The position numbers and the translations under genes were made by a program. The notes beneath the pieces are model-generated. The model was not told where the DNA came from. It saw only the letters and a list, made by a program, of their open reading frames with translations, and ran no database searches. This document shows positions 22,754 through 38,000 of a stretch of DNA of 64,000 nt, one piece after another; position 1 is the stretch's first letter, and each line of letters opens with the position of its first letter. Where the stretch lies: NCBI GenBank assembly GCA_004431415.1, contig QPMI01000102.1, forward strand, positions 62,001-126,000, read 5' to 3'. The stretch comes from Cyanophora paradoxa CCMP329. Taxonomy: Eukaryota; Plantae; Glaucophyta.

Positions 22754-25289
22754 CTACAGTAGGGGTTCGGTTCCGTTCCAGTCGACCTTCGCCGTGGGCC
22801 ACTTGGTCCGGATGCAGTTCTCGATAGGGGGCGTCAGGTCCGTCTTGCTGTTGAGGTCCACCGTCGGGGCCGGGCCCCGCGTGTCTGGCGCATGCGCAGC
22901 AAATTAAAGCCACGCCATCAAAAGCGAAGGCGACCCGAGGTGCTACAACGCAGCAGGCAGGGCGCACCGATGGTGAGACGAATCTCCTCGTCTTGCCTCG
23001 CGAGCTCGTCGTAGTAGAAGAGGTCGAAGCGGGCCGGCGGGGCCCTCGCCTCGTCTACCAGCCTCCGATCCAGCGAAAAGAGGACCGTGTAGTGCGACTC
23101 GGAGCAGATGACCCAGATGGGGTACGACGGGATCTTGTAGTTCTTCCCCACCTCGACGTACTTGTACGTCTCGAAGAGAGTCAGGTACCCCACGTCCGAG
23201 CGGCGCGGGATGCCCCTCAGGATCTGCGGCGCGGGTTCGAATCCGCCCGGAGGAGATAAGACTATCCGGGGGCGGGCCGGGCGCGCCTGCTCGTCGAGGC
23301 GGCGCTCGCCGTCGAAGACGTTGGAGTGGGCGCGGCCCATCAGCAGCAGGTTCACAAGTTCCTGCGCTCGCTCGAATCAGGCGGGAGCCGGGCCCTCCTG
23401 AGCGGCGGCGGCGGCGGCGGCCGCGCCTGCGTGCAGTAGCCGTGGGAGCCGATGAGCGTGGCGTCTGACATGTCCATGTCCTGCAGGCAGCGGGCCGGGG
23501 CGAGACGCGATCAGCGAGACCGCAGTCGGCAACGGGGCAAGGCGCGCGGGCGGAGGGGCGGGAGGGCGGGCGGGCCTTCCGGATGTTGGCGACGCCGCGA
23601 GTGAGGATGGCCGAGTAGAGGACCATGACGACGCCGCAGCCGGAGCGGTACTGGATCTGGCCCAGGCGGGAGGCGAGCAGGGCCCGCAGCGCGTCCACGC
23701 CGCTCACGTCGACGACCGAGAAGCGGTCGTCGCGGATGCGGCCGCCGGCCTCGCCGCCGTAGAGCGCGAAGCGGGCGCGCCGGCGGTCGCCCGCCTGCCA
23801 CAGGATCTCGGCGAGCGCCTCCACCAGCGCCCGCTCGCGCTCCGTCGCCGTCGGCTGCGGCGGCCTTCGCGCGGCGGGCGGCCCGCCCGCTCCTCAGACG
23901 GGCGCGCCGCGCGGAGGCGAAGCCGGCCGCGGGGCGTTCCGCACCGCTGCGGGACCGCCGACTCGTCCCGGAACGCGATGTACTTCAGAATGAACGCCTG
24001 CACGACCGCCAGCAGTCCGCACGGGCCGCCCTGTGGCGCACGGCGGCGGCGCCGTCGACGTCAACGGAAAGCACAGAGAGAGGTGGGAGGGCGGACCTCG
24101 ATCTGCTCGAGGCCGTAGCGGAGCCGCTGGTTCTCCGTGAAGAAGAGGCCCTGGCGCCAGGAGCTGGGGAAGTCGGCGCCCGTCGCCGAGCCGAAGACGA
24201 GCTTGCGGATCTCGCGGCCCTCCTCGGCCGAGAGCGTCTCGGCCCCGCGCGGCGCCGACGCTGCCGAGCCGCGGTGAGGCGGGGCCGGGCGGTCGGGGGG
24301 GGGCGAAGAGCGGCGGGCGTACGGCCGGAGGACGGACGGTACGCGCCGCCGGCTGGCGCGCCGGCCGTCCGGCCGCCACCGATGTGCAGGCCGTCGAGCT
24401 CGTCGTCAACATCCGCCATCTCCAGCTCGCCGCTGGCCCAGTTGCTGGACTGCTTGCGTGCGGCGGGCCTCGACGGGTCCGTGCGGGCAGCCGCAGCGCC
24501 GGCGACGGGAGCGGAGGCGGCGGGCGCGAGATCCGCACGGTACCGTGTCGCGGGGGCCGGGGCCGGCGCGACCTGCGGGGCGCATGGGAGAGATTCGCGC
24601 GCAACTTGGGGAGTCGCAGCTCACGCGGATTGGGGCCCGCTCGACAACGGGGGCAGGCTCCTCGTCCATGTTCCAACCCCTCGATGTTCCGCTGCGCCCC
24701 GCGAGGGGCGCGCTCCCCATTGGGCTGGCCGCCGGCGCCGGCGCCTCGGGCCTCCGGCCAGCTGAGCGCCGTTCAGCGACCGAGGGCCGCGCGAGGGATG
24801 GCGCGGATCGAACCCGAAGAACCAGGACGGTCCGACCGAGGTGCTGCGGTGGCGCCATCTGCGCTCCGGCCGTGAGCTGAGAGCGGTCGGGTCTGCCATC
24901 TCACGCCGCACCGCCCTCGCCCGCAGCGGCGGCGGCGAGCGCCTTGCCGTGCATGTACTCTATCACCATCTCCAGAAGCGTTGCGTAGCCACCATCGGCT
25001 GTGCCGTTGATGAGGGCGGGCAGAGCGCTCGTCAGCACCGCGCCGCACCCTTGTCCTTGTTCTTCTGAACCAGCTTCGAAAGCCGGAGTCCCTTGACAAT
25101 TTGCAGCTTGCTAGAGATCGATTCCGACGTTCGGGGCTGCGGGCGAAGCGGGCCGTCAGCGTGCGAGCCAAGCGCACAGGAGAGGCGGCGAGCCTGTTCA
25201 GCGTCGAAGGCTGCGAGCGTCCTCGTGCACCCGCGCTTGGATAGGTACTCGCGGATGAGCGCTTCCGCGTACAAGCCGACTGGGTCCAT
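22754..25289 (-). CDS. MINDY4: MINDY-family deubiquitinase (MINDY4/FAM188B-like)
   Basis: N-terminus ALIREYLSKRG, catalytic GGPCGLLAVVQA, GYCTQELVNLLLMGRAHSNVFD, PIWVICSESHYTVLF, FYYDELARQ and PPIENCIRTKW. Confidence 0.9.
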
Positions 25290-25445
25290 GTTCGAAAGCC
25301 CGCGAGCAGCTTCGAAGGCCGACCCTGCGAGCGATCTGCTGCTGCGAGAGGCCTAACGCCGATCTCCCGGCGATCCGCTGCGCGCCGGCAGCAAAGGTGG
25401 TCCCGCAGCGACGTACCCCACCTGGAATCTCTGCGGTTCGGTTCG

Positions 25446-26752
25446 ATGGCCCTCTTCGTCGCTGCTCTGCCGCTGGCCCGCCAGGCCCCCGTGGCCTCGG
25501 TTGTGAGCACCGCCAGCTCGTCGCGGAGCCCGGCCTCGAAGCCGGAGGCCATCCGCTCGGCCCGCGCGTTCGCCGGCTCGCCGGTCTTCGCCTCCAGCGG
25601 CTCCTCGTTCGTCAGCCAGGTGTGCTTCGCTGATCGGCCTTGATCGGCCGCGCCCTCTCGCTCGCCGTAATGGTGCCGTCCAGGGCCGCCTCGGCGCCGT
25701 TTTCAAGGCCCTGAAGTCCCTCCCCGTCGAGTTCGGTGAGCTCGAGGTTGTTAGCTGTAATCGTTTCCTGGCTAACTAGGTTGCTGGGGCCCTCCCTAGG
25801 CTTTGAGACGATCCGCGCGGCGTCCAGCAACGATCTGCGCAATGGCACCAACCTGGTCATGGACGGCCAGATCTACAAGGTCCTCGGTGAGTGCTTGTGA
25901 AGCTGAATGTCTCGCGATTGCGACCCGCCAGCTTCCACGCTGACGGCTTCGAGCAGAGTTCCTGCACGTCAAGCCCGGCAAGGGCGCCGCTTTCGTGCGC
26001 ACCAAGCTGAAGAACATGTCGACTGGCAGCACCGTCGAGAAGACCTTCCGTGCCGGCGAGCCCGTCGAGACTGTGCGCATCTAACGTGTTGCTTGCTAGC
26101 CCTGCGTTCTCGCGTGCTCACGCCTCAGCAGGCCCAGACCGAGAAGAAGGAGATGCAGCACACCTACAAGGAGGGCGAGGAGTTCGTGTTCATGGATATG
26201 GAGACGTACGAGGAGGCTCGTCTGTCTGAGAAGGTGAACGCAGCTTCGAATTTCCCACAGTTAGTCCCTAATGCAACTTGCGCAGGACATCGGTGCTCAG
26301 TCCCAGTGGCTGTCGGAGGGCATGACTGTCAACGTGCTGTACTGGAACGAAACTGTAAGCTACATGCATGCGCATCTGGCCATTGCGTTGAGCACTTATC
26401 CATCTGATCTACAGGTCCTTGATGTCGAGCTCCCGACCTCTATCGTTCTCGAGATCACCTACACTGAGCCTGGTGTCAAGGTGTGATTGAACATAGCTTT
26501 CAGAGCCACATGCTTTGCTGGCGCTTGACACTTCATCTTCAGGGCAACACCGCGACCGGTGCCACCAAGCCTGCCACCGTCTCCACTGGTGCCATTGTTC
26601 AGGTGATCTTCACCTATTGCTACTTGAATCTCGTCACTTTCCTCATATGCCATGCTCATATATCTGTTCATTTGCAGGTCCCGCTCTTCATTGAGCAGGG
26701 CGAGAAGATCAAGATCGACACCCGGTCAGGGGAGTACCTGTCTCGTGCTTAG
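25446..26752 (+). CDS. efp: Elongation factor P, plastid-targeted
   Basis: [43 protein letters not shown] and [24 protein letters not shown]. Ser/Ala-rich presequence beginning MALF. Confidence 0.95.
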
Positions 26753-27573
26753 ATTTGCTTGTAGTTTCCACAGGAGCGTTTTGTTTCAATTGAACTCGCC
26801 ATATTTCAAGCCCTTTTACAAAGCACGATGGCAGTTGAAACCCTAGGGCAGAACGGGGTCAAGCAGCTACAGCAAATCAGAGAACTGATCACCTTCTGGA
26901 TCAAGGACAAAACTGGATTAGGTGCCTTGATCTTCTGAAGGATTGAGCAATTTTGCAATGCTGATGTCGATTGCGACGTCGACTTCCTATGCCAGTGTAT
27001 GATGATCAGATTTAGAATCGAATCTGATGATCAATCAATTGCAAGCCTCGAAGTTGCTTTGGCATGCATATGCATGCGCATGCACAACAAAGGCATGCAT
27101 ATGCACAACCGGCTACCATGATGCCATGATGGACCATGCATATGAAGCATGCGCATGCGCAAAGCATAAAGCATAAGCTCACGTGCATGCGCATACACAC
27201 GAGCTTTAATCAACTTCAGATCCGCTGGTCTGATCCGAGCACGGTCGACGTCGAGTCGGCATAGGCCCTTGCATGAAGATGCCATAGTATGGCCATGGCC
27301 GCCGAGCCACCGCAGTGCATGAAACTGAGCTTCCGCAGTCCTTTAAGCTTCAAGTCAAGCCCGCAGCCCAATGCATTCCCGTCTTTGCAGCAGAAAGCCA
27401 ATCGAGCACTGTTGCAGTTGCTTCACCATCGAAGGCATAACATGAAAGGAGACCCAGGTTTGGAGCTGTGCAATTGAACTAACCTGATCATACACTAACT
27501 ACCTGAAAGACGTACAGAAAGACACCCGAGCTCTTCCGATGAAACGACCTTCAATAAGCTCAGCTGACTACGC

Positions 27574-29787
<2,214 letters not shown>

Positions 29788-30486
29788 TTACGCGTCGACG
29801 TCCGGGCCGCGCCGCGCCCGTGCCGCGCGTGCCGCGCGCGCGCAACGCTCAAGCTTAGGCATCCGTGCCGCAGTGCGAGCGCTCGGCAATCGCGTCTGGA
29901 GCCCGCACGTGCGTGTGCGCATACGCACATGCGCCGCGGCGCACGCGCGCCCGCGCCCGCGCCTGGCCAGCCGCGCCGCCGCGCTAGCGCTTCGCCCTGG
30001 CGCCGGTGCGTGCTTACTGCTCAGATCATTGAATCGCATGAACCGCGGCCGGCGGCCGCGCGCAAGCGCCGGCATCGAGCTCTCGAGCAAAGGCATCGCA
30101 TCGCATCAATTATAGGACAGGGGAGCACATGTACAGGCATTGCATCAAGTACGGTACAGCGAGAAATCGAATAGGGCAGGGGAGCCAAAGCTTACTGGGG
30201 TGACCAGAACAACCTAATACATGACCGGGACCGTGAGGGAGGCGCGACGCGGTGCGCCGCTGTTGCTGGTGCGCCTCCCGCCCGCGGCGGCTGGCGCCGC
30301 CCCCGTGGTGGATAGGGCGGCCGCGATCGGCGCGAGCGTCGGCGGTTTGGCGCCCTCGGCGAGGAATGGCTTGGGCCCGTCCAGCAGGCCCGGGGGCGCA
30401 GAATTGGCGACGAGAAGCGCGGCCCTGCCAGACGTAATTATAAGTGCGAGACGGGCATCATAATAGGAGCCAGACGGGCATCATAA

Positions 30487-33400
30487 TCAGCGCACTTGGC
30501 GGGCGTAGGGCTCGTGATGGCTGGCGGGAGTGTCGCAAGCGAGCGGGTCCCGCCGTTGGACCTGCAGGCGAGCCGGCCCGTCGGCCGAGGGCCCCGCTTG
30601 AAGCGGGGGTACCGGTTGGGCAGCTGCAGGGGTATGGGCGCACTTGGACAGGGTGGGCATTGCGGGGGTAGACTTGGAGCCGGCAAGGCTCTTGGAGGGG
30701 GTTGGGGAAGGGGACTCCTGCGGAGGGACAGGGGAGGCGGAGGTCCCGGGCGCTGCCGTACCCCGGTCAGGCTCAGTGGTTCGGTAAGAGAAAGCTTCAG
30801 CGCGGGGCACGCGCGCTCACCGCCCTTCTTCCGCGGGAGGAGCGCGTCCTCGATCAAATCGAAGAACTCGTTGATGGCCTCTGCGGTGCGAAGAGGAGAA
30901 AGGCTCATGAGATGAGACGAGGAGGCTAAGAGAGGGACGAAGGCGGACCTGAGACTTCCCCGGGGGAGAGCTCGCCGTCCTTCTCCTCCCCAGCCTCGTC
31001 CTCGCCCGTGAGCGAGCCAGGCGCATCCGGTATCGGCAGCGGCGGCGGCGCGATCGTGTCGATCTGCGTACCCCGGACGTGGGCGCGGGCTGGGAAGGGC
31101 CGGGCCCGCACCCCGGGCTCGGGCCTCGGGCTGGGCACCTGAATGGAGACCCGCCGGTTCTCGCCGGCCAGATTGGAGGACGAGTTTGGCTGCGAGGTCG
31201 GTGGGGAGGCCTGCGAGGGAGGGGTACCGGAGGTCAGCGGGGGCGGGGGCGGATCCGACGGGGGGAGGGTACGCACTTTGTTGACGGGGGGTAGGGCGCC
31301 CTCCGAGGGCGGTGGGGTCGTGCCGTTCGAATTCCGCCGCGGGCTGCGCGGGGCGCCCGGCGGCTTAGTCACGGGGCGGCTCAGGTGACCCAGCGCCGAG
31401 AGCGCCGCACCTCCTGCCGCCTTCGGGGCTGGCCGCGCCGGAACGGGCCGACTTCTGCGGGGCCGGAGCGTGAGTTAGCAACGTACCCCATGCAACTACC
31501 CGGCCCGGCCCGGCACACCTTTCCCGTGCGGTGCGTTGCGAGGGATCGCTGCGTGGCCAGCGGGTTCCTCGCCGTCGTACCCCCGCCGCTCCCGGACTGC
31601 CGCGGCTCGGGTTCAGCTCGGAGCGCGGCTCAGGTTCAGGTTCAGGTTCAGGTGAGGAGAGCGCACCTGCATCGTGCAGTAGCGAGAGACGGCGCATCGG
31701 ACCATCGCCTCCTCGAACTCTTCCTGTACCCCCCGAATTCAGCGCCGGGCTCCGAGATCAACGGGCGGCTGGACAAGCGGTTTCGCGCACCGAGTTCAGC
31801 TCCTCGAGGTTCCCCTTTGTCGCGTCGTTCGCTGTGGTGACCTCTGGATTCGAACGCCGTTAAGCGGGAGGGAAAGAGGAAAGGAAAAGGCAGGCGGGCG
31901 GGCGGCAGGGGTACCGTCGTCGATGACGGGGTCCGCCTGCGCTGTAGCGAACGCCTGCGCGCCGCGCGGGGGCGCTCAGAGGCGACTTCAGAGCGAATTT
32001 GATCCGAGGAGGGCGCACGTCCTGGACGTCCTTCTGCGACAGTGTCCGGTCCTGCAGCAGGCCGAGGTCGTTGAACATGGCCACGAACTCTCGGATCGAG
32101 ACCTGGGTAGAGTCCCATTCGCTCGGCCGGATCAAATTCAAATTCGAATTCGAAGACGGGCGCACCGACTTGTTGCGGACTGAGCCGTACATGCGGGCCG
32201 CGTGCGAGTCGAGCGCCGAGTACTTGTCGAAGAGCCTAAGGGAGGGCGGGCGCGTGAGAAGCGGAGATCGGGCGCGGCTGGCCCGGCCGCCGGTCCGAGT
32301 CGCACTTGCGCATCGTTCCGCGGGCGTTCGTGATCGCGTCCTGGACCTGCGGCGGCAGCGGAGGCGGCAGCTCAGGGGCGCGGAACGAAAGGACTAGAAG
32401 GAGGAAGCAGAAGGTCTCGCCTCGTCCTTCTTCATGAGCCTGCGGAACTCCTCGACGTCGTCCCAGCGCGCGTTCGGCAGCACGTCGTTCTCCTGCATGG
32501 GCCCGGCAGGTCAAGCGCCGCTCTGGCGCCGCGGGCGAGCCAGCGCGTGGTGGCCGCATGCGCACCATGATCAGCGTGACGCGCTCCGCGAGCGACGGCG
32601 CCGCCTTGAACTGCGCCGCGGAGCGCCGGCCGTCAGGATGCAGGCGGGCCGTTTCAAAGCGGGAAGAGGAGCGGCGGCGCGCACGTATTTGATTTCGGCG
32701 AGGCGGACGATGGCCTGGGGCACGTTCAAGTTAGAAGGAGAGAGGGATCGAATCCGGATCAAATCCGGATCAAATCCGGATCAAATCCGGCGCGCCTGCA
32801 GGAATTCCGGGAGGACCATCGTGAGCTTGTTGTTGGCGTCCGAGGCCAGCAGCTGCGCCTCCTCCTGGCTCTTCCCTGGCTCCTGGGAGGAGGAGAAGGC
32901 GGAGGGAGGAGATCAAATCTCGGAAAGGGGGGAGGGAGGCATCGGAGTTGCGAGCTAGCTCGCCTTGTTCGCCATGATGAAGACCAGGTTCACGCGGGGG
33001 CCCGTCAGCGCGTGCGGGTTCCGGCTCGTGTTGGCCCCCTGCGGACAGGTCAGCAAAGGACGGCAAGGGGGGGGGGGGGGGGGTAGGCCCGCCTTCCCCG
33101 TGTCGAGGAGTTTGCAGTCCCCTATGAACGCGTCGAACTCTGTGGAAGGTTCAATTTCGATCGGATTCGGTTCGGCTTTGGTTTGGAGGGGCGGGGCGGA
33201 AGCTCAAGGGGCCCCACCGTGCTTCGAGACCGTGTACATCTCGTCGTTGTCGAGCTGCGGCGGGGCGGGGTATCGGATTTCGTTCGCTTCCTTCCGGGGT
33301 ACGGGAAGGAAGGGGATGGGACCTTCCGCGCGCGGACGGCGATGGATTTGACCTGCGGGGCCGGGGGCCTCGGGGGGAGCCCCGGAGGGGGGTACGGGCG

Positions 33401-34518
33401 CGCCTCCCCGCACCTTGGCGCCGTCGAGGCGGGCGTAGTAGCGGAAGATGGTGCGAATGGGTATGTAGAAGCTGCGGGGGGGTGACGTTGAGGCGAGACA
33501 AGGTACAGGCCTCGAGCGGGGCGGGGTGGGGGTACGGACTGCTCGTGGATGGTGTTCTTCAGCTGCGGATGACGTACGGTCAGCGGATACCAGCGAAGGG
33601 AGGGGGTAGAGGGTAGGGGACGGGGGGTACGCACTTCCTCCAGCTCCACGTCGCCCGAGATGGGGGCGCAACCGTCGTTCGTCCGCGCGCTCTTCGCGCC
33701 CCGGGACTTCAGCACCTCCTCTGCGCGCGTACCCCTCAGCCCCAGCGCCCCGTACGGGTGCGCTCCGCTCCGTGCGCGTACCCATCCGCGCCTGCCTCCA
33801 GACCTAGGCGCGGGGAGGGGCGTCAGAGGAGCAAAGGGCGGCGCCGGCGCCGGGCGCGCGCGGCCGCACGTCTGGGAAATCGTCGACAATCTTGCGCTTG
33901 GGCTTGTTATCCTCTGGCGGCGGCTCCTCCTGCTTGGGCCGCCGCACGAAGTTCGTGACTCCGTAATCCGTGTTGGCGCGCCTGAAGCCTGCCGCCGGGA
34001 GCGCTGCTGTCAGGGGCGGGTCGCCGCAGGCGAGAGCCGCCCTCACCCGGGTCGAAGAACCTGCGCGGGGGCGACCGTGAGCCGGCGCCGGCGGCGGCGG
34101 GAAGTACGCGGGAATTCGAAGGCAATTAGGGCGCACATTCGGTTGCGCTGGATGTGCTCCACGGCGCCGCGGAAGCCGTTGGCGGCCACGCGGTCGTCGC
34201 TGTTGTGAGCAAGGCTCTTCAGAAGGATACCCGCGCCCTCCTTCCAGCGCCGCTTGTGGAACTCGCGGTGAGCGCTCTTTAGCAGGGTCGCCCCGGCGTC
34301 CCTGTAAAGCGGCGTCCCCAGGGACGTTCGCATCGTGTGCAGGCTCTCCAGTGAGTCATAGAGCGTCCTCCTCCCCGGTTGGCCTGCGCGACTGGGGCCG
34401 TGGGCGCGAGGGAGCGCGGATTATCGAGTCGGAGCTGCACGGGCGGACCGCGGCGGAGGCTTGGGAAGCCCGCGCCGTAGTCGCCGGGGGCGGGAGTAGC
34501 AGAGATTGACAACGACAT
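30487..34518 (-). CDS. Uncharacterised intron-rich protein with EF-hand/TPPP-like helical repeats (possibly flagellar)
   Basis: Exons IRTIFRYYA, EFDAFIGDCKLLD, RVNLVFIMANK, PEFLQAIVRLAEIKY, IREFVAMFNDLGLL and EFEEAMVRCA. Both ends approximate. Confidence 0.6.
32751..32790. repeat. 11-bp tandem repeat AATCCGGATCA, about 3.5 copies, intronic
   Basis: Directly visible. Confidence 0.9.
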
Positions 34519-35033
34519 GGCGCTCCGGGCCGTCCGCGAGCCCCCGAGCGCCGCCGCGGGCAGCAGCGCGGGCTGGTGACCTTGCGAAGACGCCGCTGCC
34601 GGCCCCACCAAGCTCCGAATCCAAAAGGCCCAGTACTAGTAGTCCCCAGTTGCGACAAGCGCCGCTCCCGATGGCTCGGCTACTACTGGCCTGAGTGCTG
34701 GAGGCGCCGGCTAAACCTGGTCGAGTTCCGATCAACCGACCGCCATCGCCGGCTGAAGGCAAGGCTCGCTACAGCTAGTGCGCGTGTTCTGCAAGGTGCT
34801 CCGCGTCTAGCGCCGCCCGCTCGAGCCGCCAGAAGCCGCGCGAGCCTTCCAGCCTCTTCGCAGCGGTACCCCCCACGCGAGCTCGCGGATCGGCATCCAT
34901 CGACGCGCCGTGCGCCCGCGCATCGTTTTCAACGTACGTTAGCAGCACCCGGTCGAGAAAGTGGAGTCGGGTGGCGCGCCGATCCTGCCGCGCCGGTGGC
35001 GCTTCGAGTTCTGGCACTCCGCGCAAAGCTTCG

Positions 35034-38000
35034 ATGATGGCAGCCCTCCCGCTGTTCCGGCAGTTCAGTCTAGGATCGATGGAGGAGAAGACGATCATAG
35101 GTGCGTTCCCCACCGACCGACAGCTGCATTTCCTCGATCACTCCCGTCGTCCTCACAAGCCAGCGCGCGCGCAGATCGCGTGTACGGAGAGATCAGGTTG
35201 AGCGGGCGCCTCGCGGCGGCGTACTTGCATCCTGCGGTGCGCGTTAGCGCGAGCAGCCAGCGCTAGCGAAACCGGCCGGCCCTTTGACCGGACCGGACTG
35301 GGGCGCCCGCAGGTGAAGCGGCTCGATGGGTTGCGGCAGCTGGGCGGAGCGAGCTTCTGGAACCCTAACCTCAACCACGTCCGCCTCGCGCACTCCGTGG
35401 GTCCGCCAGCGCCGGCCCCATCGCCGTCTGATGGCCGCCGCACTCGCCTTTCTCACGTCGCGCTAGGAGTGGCTCACCTCGCATACGAGTGGGCCAAGGC
35501 CCTCAGGAGTGCGCCCGCGCCCAGCCCCGCGCCCGCGCGCCTACTCTGCGCCGTACCGGGCCCTGTCCCTCTCCTGAACGCGCGCGACGCCGCAGGCAAC
35601 TGCTCCAGGGAGTTCAACAGGGCGGCGAGGAGGTTCCGGATGAGGGCGGAGGACCTGGTGGACGTCTTCGGCCTCGCGGGCCTCCTCCACGACGTCGGCC
35701 ACGCCATGTTCTCGTGCGCACGCTTCAGATTTCGAATTCCGAGCCGGGCCGGGCCGAGGCCCCGCGCCGGGCGGGGCCTTGGTCCTCAGAACTGTCGCGC
35801 CCGCCCTTATCTAAGACGCTTCAGGCACCTCTTCGAGTCGTACTACAAGCGGGCGCACAAGCCCGCGCCCCAGAAGCCCGGCGCGGTCGAAGCCAAGGGT
35901 ACCGGTTTCCACCACGAGAAGATCTCCGCAAAGCTCGTCGAGCTCGTCCTTTCGGTGCGCGATTGATTGATCCGGTACCACTGGCCGGTGCCCCCTCCGG
36001 GGTCCGAAGGCTGATCATGACCCCCGCCGCCCCCACCAGGAGCCGGGCGTCGGCAGGGGGCTCGGCAGGAGGGCGGTCGACCTCTGCAAGCGGATGATCT
36101 GCCCCAAGAGAGCCGACCTGACCAAGCTCGGCATCCAGCTCGACCCGTGCGTGCGACCCACCCCCCTTCGATCCCGCGCCGGGGCCCTTTTGAATTTGAT
36201 CCAGGGAGGTGGCGTCCCTGGAGGACGGCCACTGGCTCCTCCAGATCGTCTCGGGCGCCATCGACGTGCGCCGGCACCCGCGCGCGCGCGCTGCTAGGCC
36301 CGGCCCTGCGCCGCGCTAGGCCCGGCCCTGCGCCGCCCTGCGGGCGACCTGGGCCCTGCGCGCCTCGCCTCGCGCCGCTCGGGCCGACCGATCGGGAGGT
36401 TAAAAGACCTTAAGACCTCGAGAATTCGATGCGCCATAACACCTTAAGCTTAGGCTTCCAAGCATCGAATTATGGCTTAAGCTGGGGCCGTGGCTTCCAT
36501 GCATGCGCCATAACACCTTAAGCTTAGACTTCCATGCTTAAGATAGGTGTTCTAAGCTTCCGGCTAAGCCCAGGCCGAATTCGGCCTGGGCCGTGCTTAA
36601 GCTTCGCGCCGCTCGGAGCGGGCCGACCCTTTCACAGGTGGACCGCATGGACTACGTGAACCGGGACCTGAGCGCGCTGACGGGCCTGCTGGAGTTCGCC
36701 CCCTCGTCCGCCATCGCCCACCTCCGGTGCGCGCGCGCGCGGGCGCGGGCGCGGACACCGCTCCCCCTGCCTGGCCCCGGCGCTAGCCTCGCGCGATCGG
36801 AGATCTCTTGTGCATCCTCCTATCCTATGATCCTCCTAAGCACCGCCCCCCCAGGCCCCGGCCTTGCATGTCCTCTCCTGATGTACACTCTTGTACACCG
36901 CTCTAGACACCTCACCGCCCTATACACTCCCTGTACACCGTACTCTCGGAGATCTATCCTCCTATACACCTCCTCGCACTTCCTCCCCTAAGTCGAACTT
37001 GACGGTGTCGAGCACGCAGGGAGGAGGCGCGGGTCGAGGGCGGGCGGCTGACCTTCGACGCCGGCTGCAAGCAGTGCGCGGGCCTCTTCCGGAGGCTCGG
37101 CCGCGCCCGCAACGACGGCTACACCGTGCGCCGCCGCCCGCCCGCCCGCCGCCCCGCCGATGTGGTGCAGCTACTGGGCTAGCTCTCGCGCTCCTGCTCA
37201 CCTTTACGCGTGAATCTTGGCTCTTTGTCCCCCCACTCTAGCGCTCTTGTCTCACCCTAGATTTCGCTCTAGCTTCGAATTCAGAGATCTAGCCAGGCCT
37301 CGGCTCACCTTTCCGCGCGCAGGCGATCTACGACCAGAGCGCGGTGAAGGCGGCAGAGGCGATGCTGGCGGAGGCGATGGCGGCCGCCGACCCCGCCCTG
37401 GGGCTCTCCCGCCGCGCCAAGGCGGCCGCGAACGCAACCGACCCCGCCGAGTGCTTCGCCCAGTGCGTTACTGCTAAGTTAACGTTCTATAGCGGGCCGT
37501 TATAAGTAAACGTTATATATATATATATATTAGCTGTATACGTAGCGGCCCGACTTCGCCCTGGAGCTCTCCCGCCGCGCCGAGCGGGCCGCCGCCGCCC
37601 GGGACGCCGCCGAGTGCTTCAGGCAGTGCGCCCTTCGACCCTCGCTGGACTCCAGCCTCGCAGCCTTCGACCCTCGCTGGACTCCAGCCTCGCAGCCTCC
37701 CCTCCTTCCCCAAGCTTTGAAGCTTAAAGGCTCCCTTTGTAGTCTCTAGCTTAGCGTAGCCCGCCCCTCTGTGCCCGTCTGCATCCCTCCCGTCCTTCCC
37801 AAACCTTGAGCTTCGACTGCTGATCGCGCGCGCCCCTCCGGCAGCTTCGAGGGCCTCGTGGACTCGCTGCTGCTGCAGGTCCGCTCCTGGGGCGCGGTAG
37901 GATACATGCGAGGGAGCTAGCTTGCTACAGGTCCCCTCTATAGGTTTCTTGGACGGAAGAACGGGTCGCGCCACCGCTTCTAGAACGGAAGTTCGCCTAG

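Noticed and set aside
26998-27035. ATGATGA…CTGA C/D-box-like pair
   Set aside because: Spacing is too short for a snoRNA and it is embedded in palindromic scar sequence.
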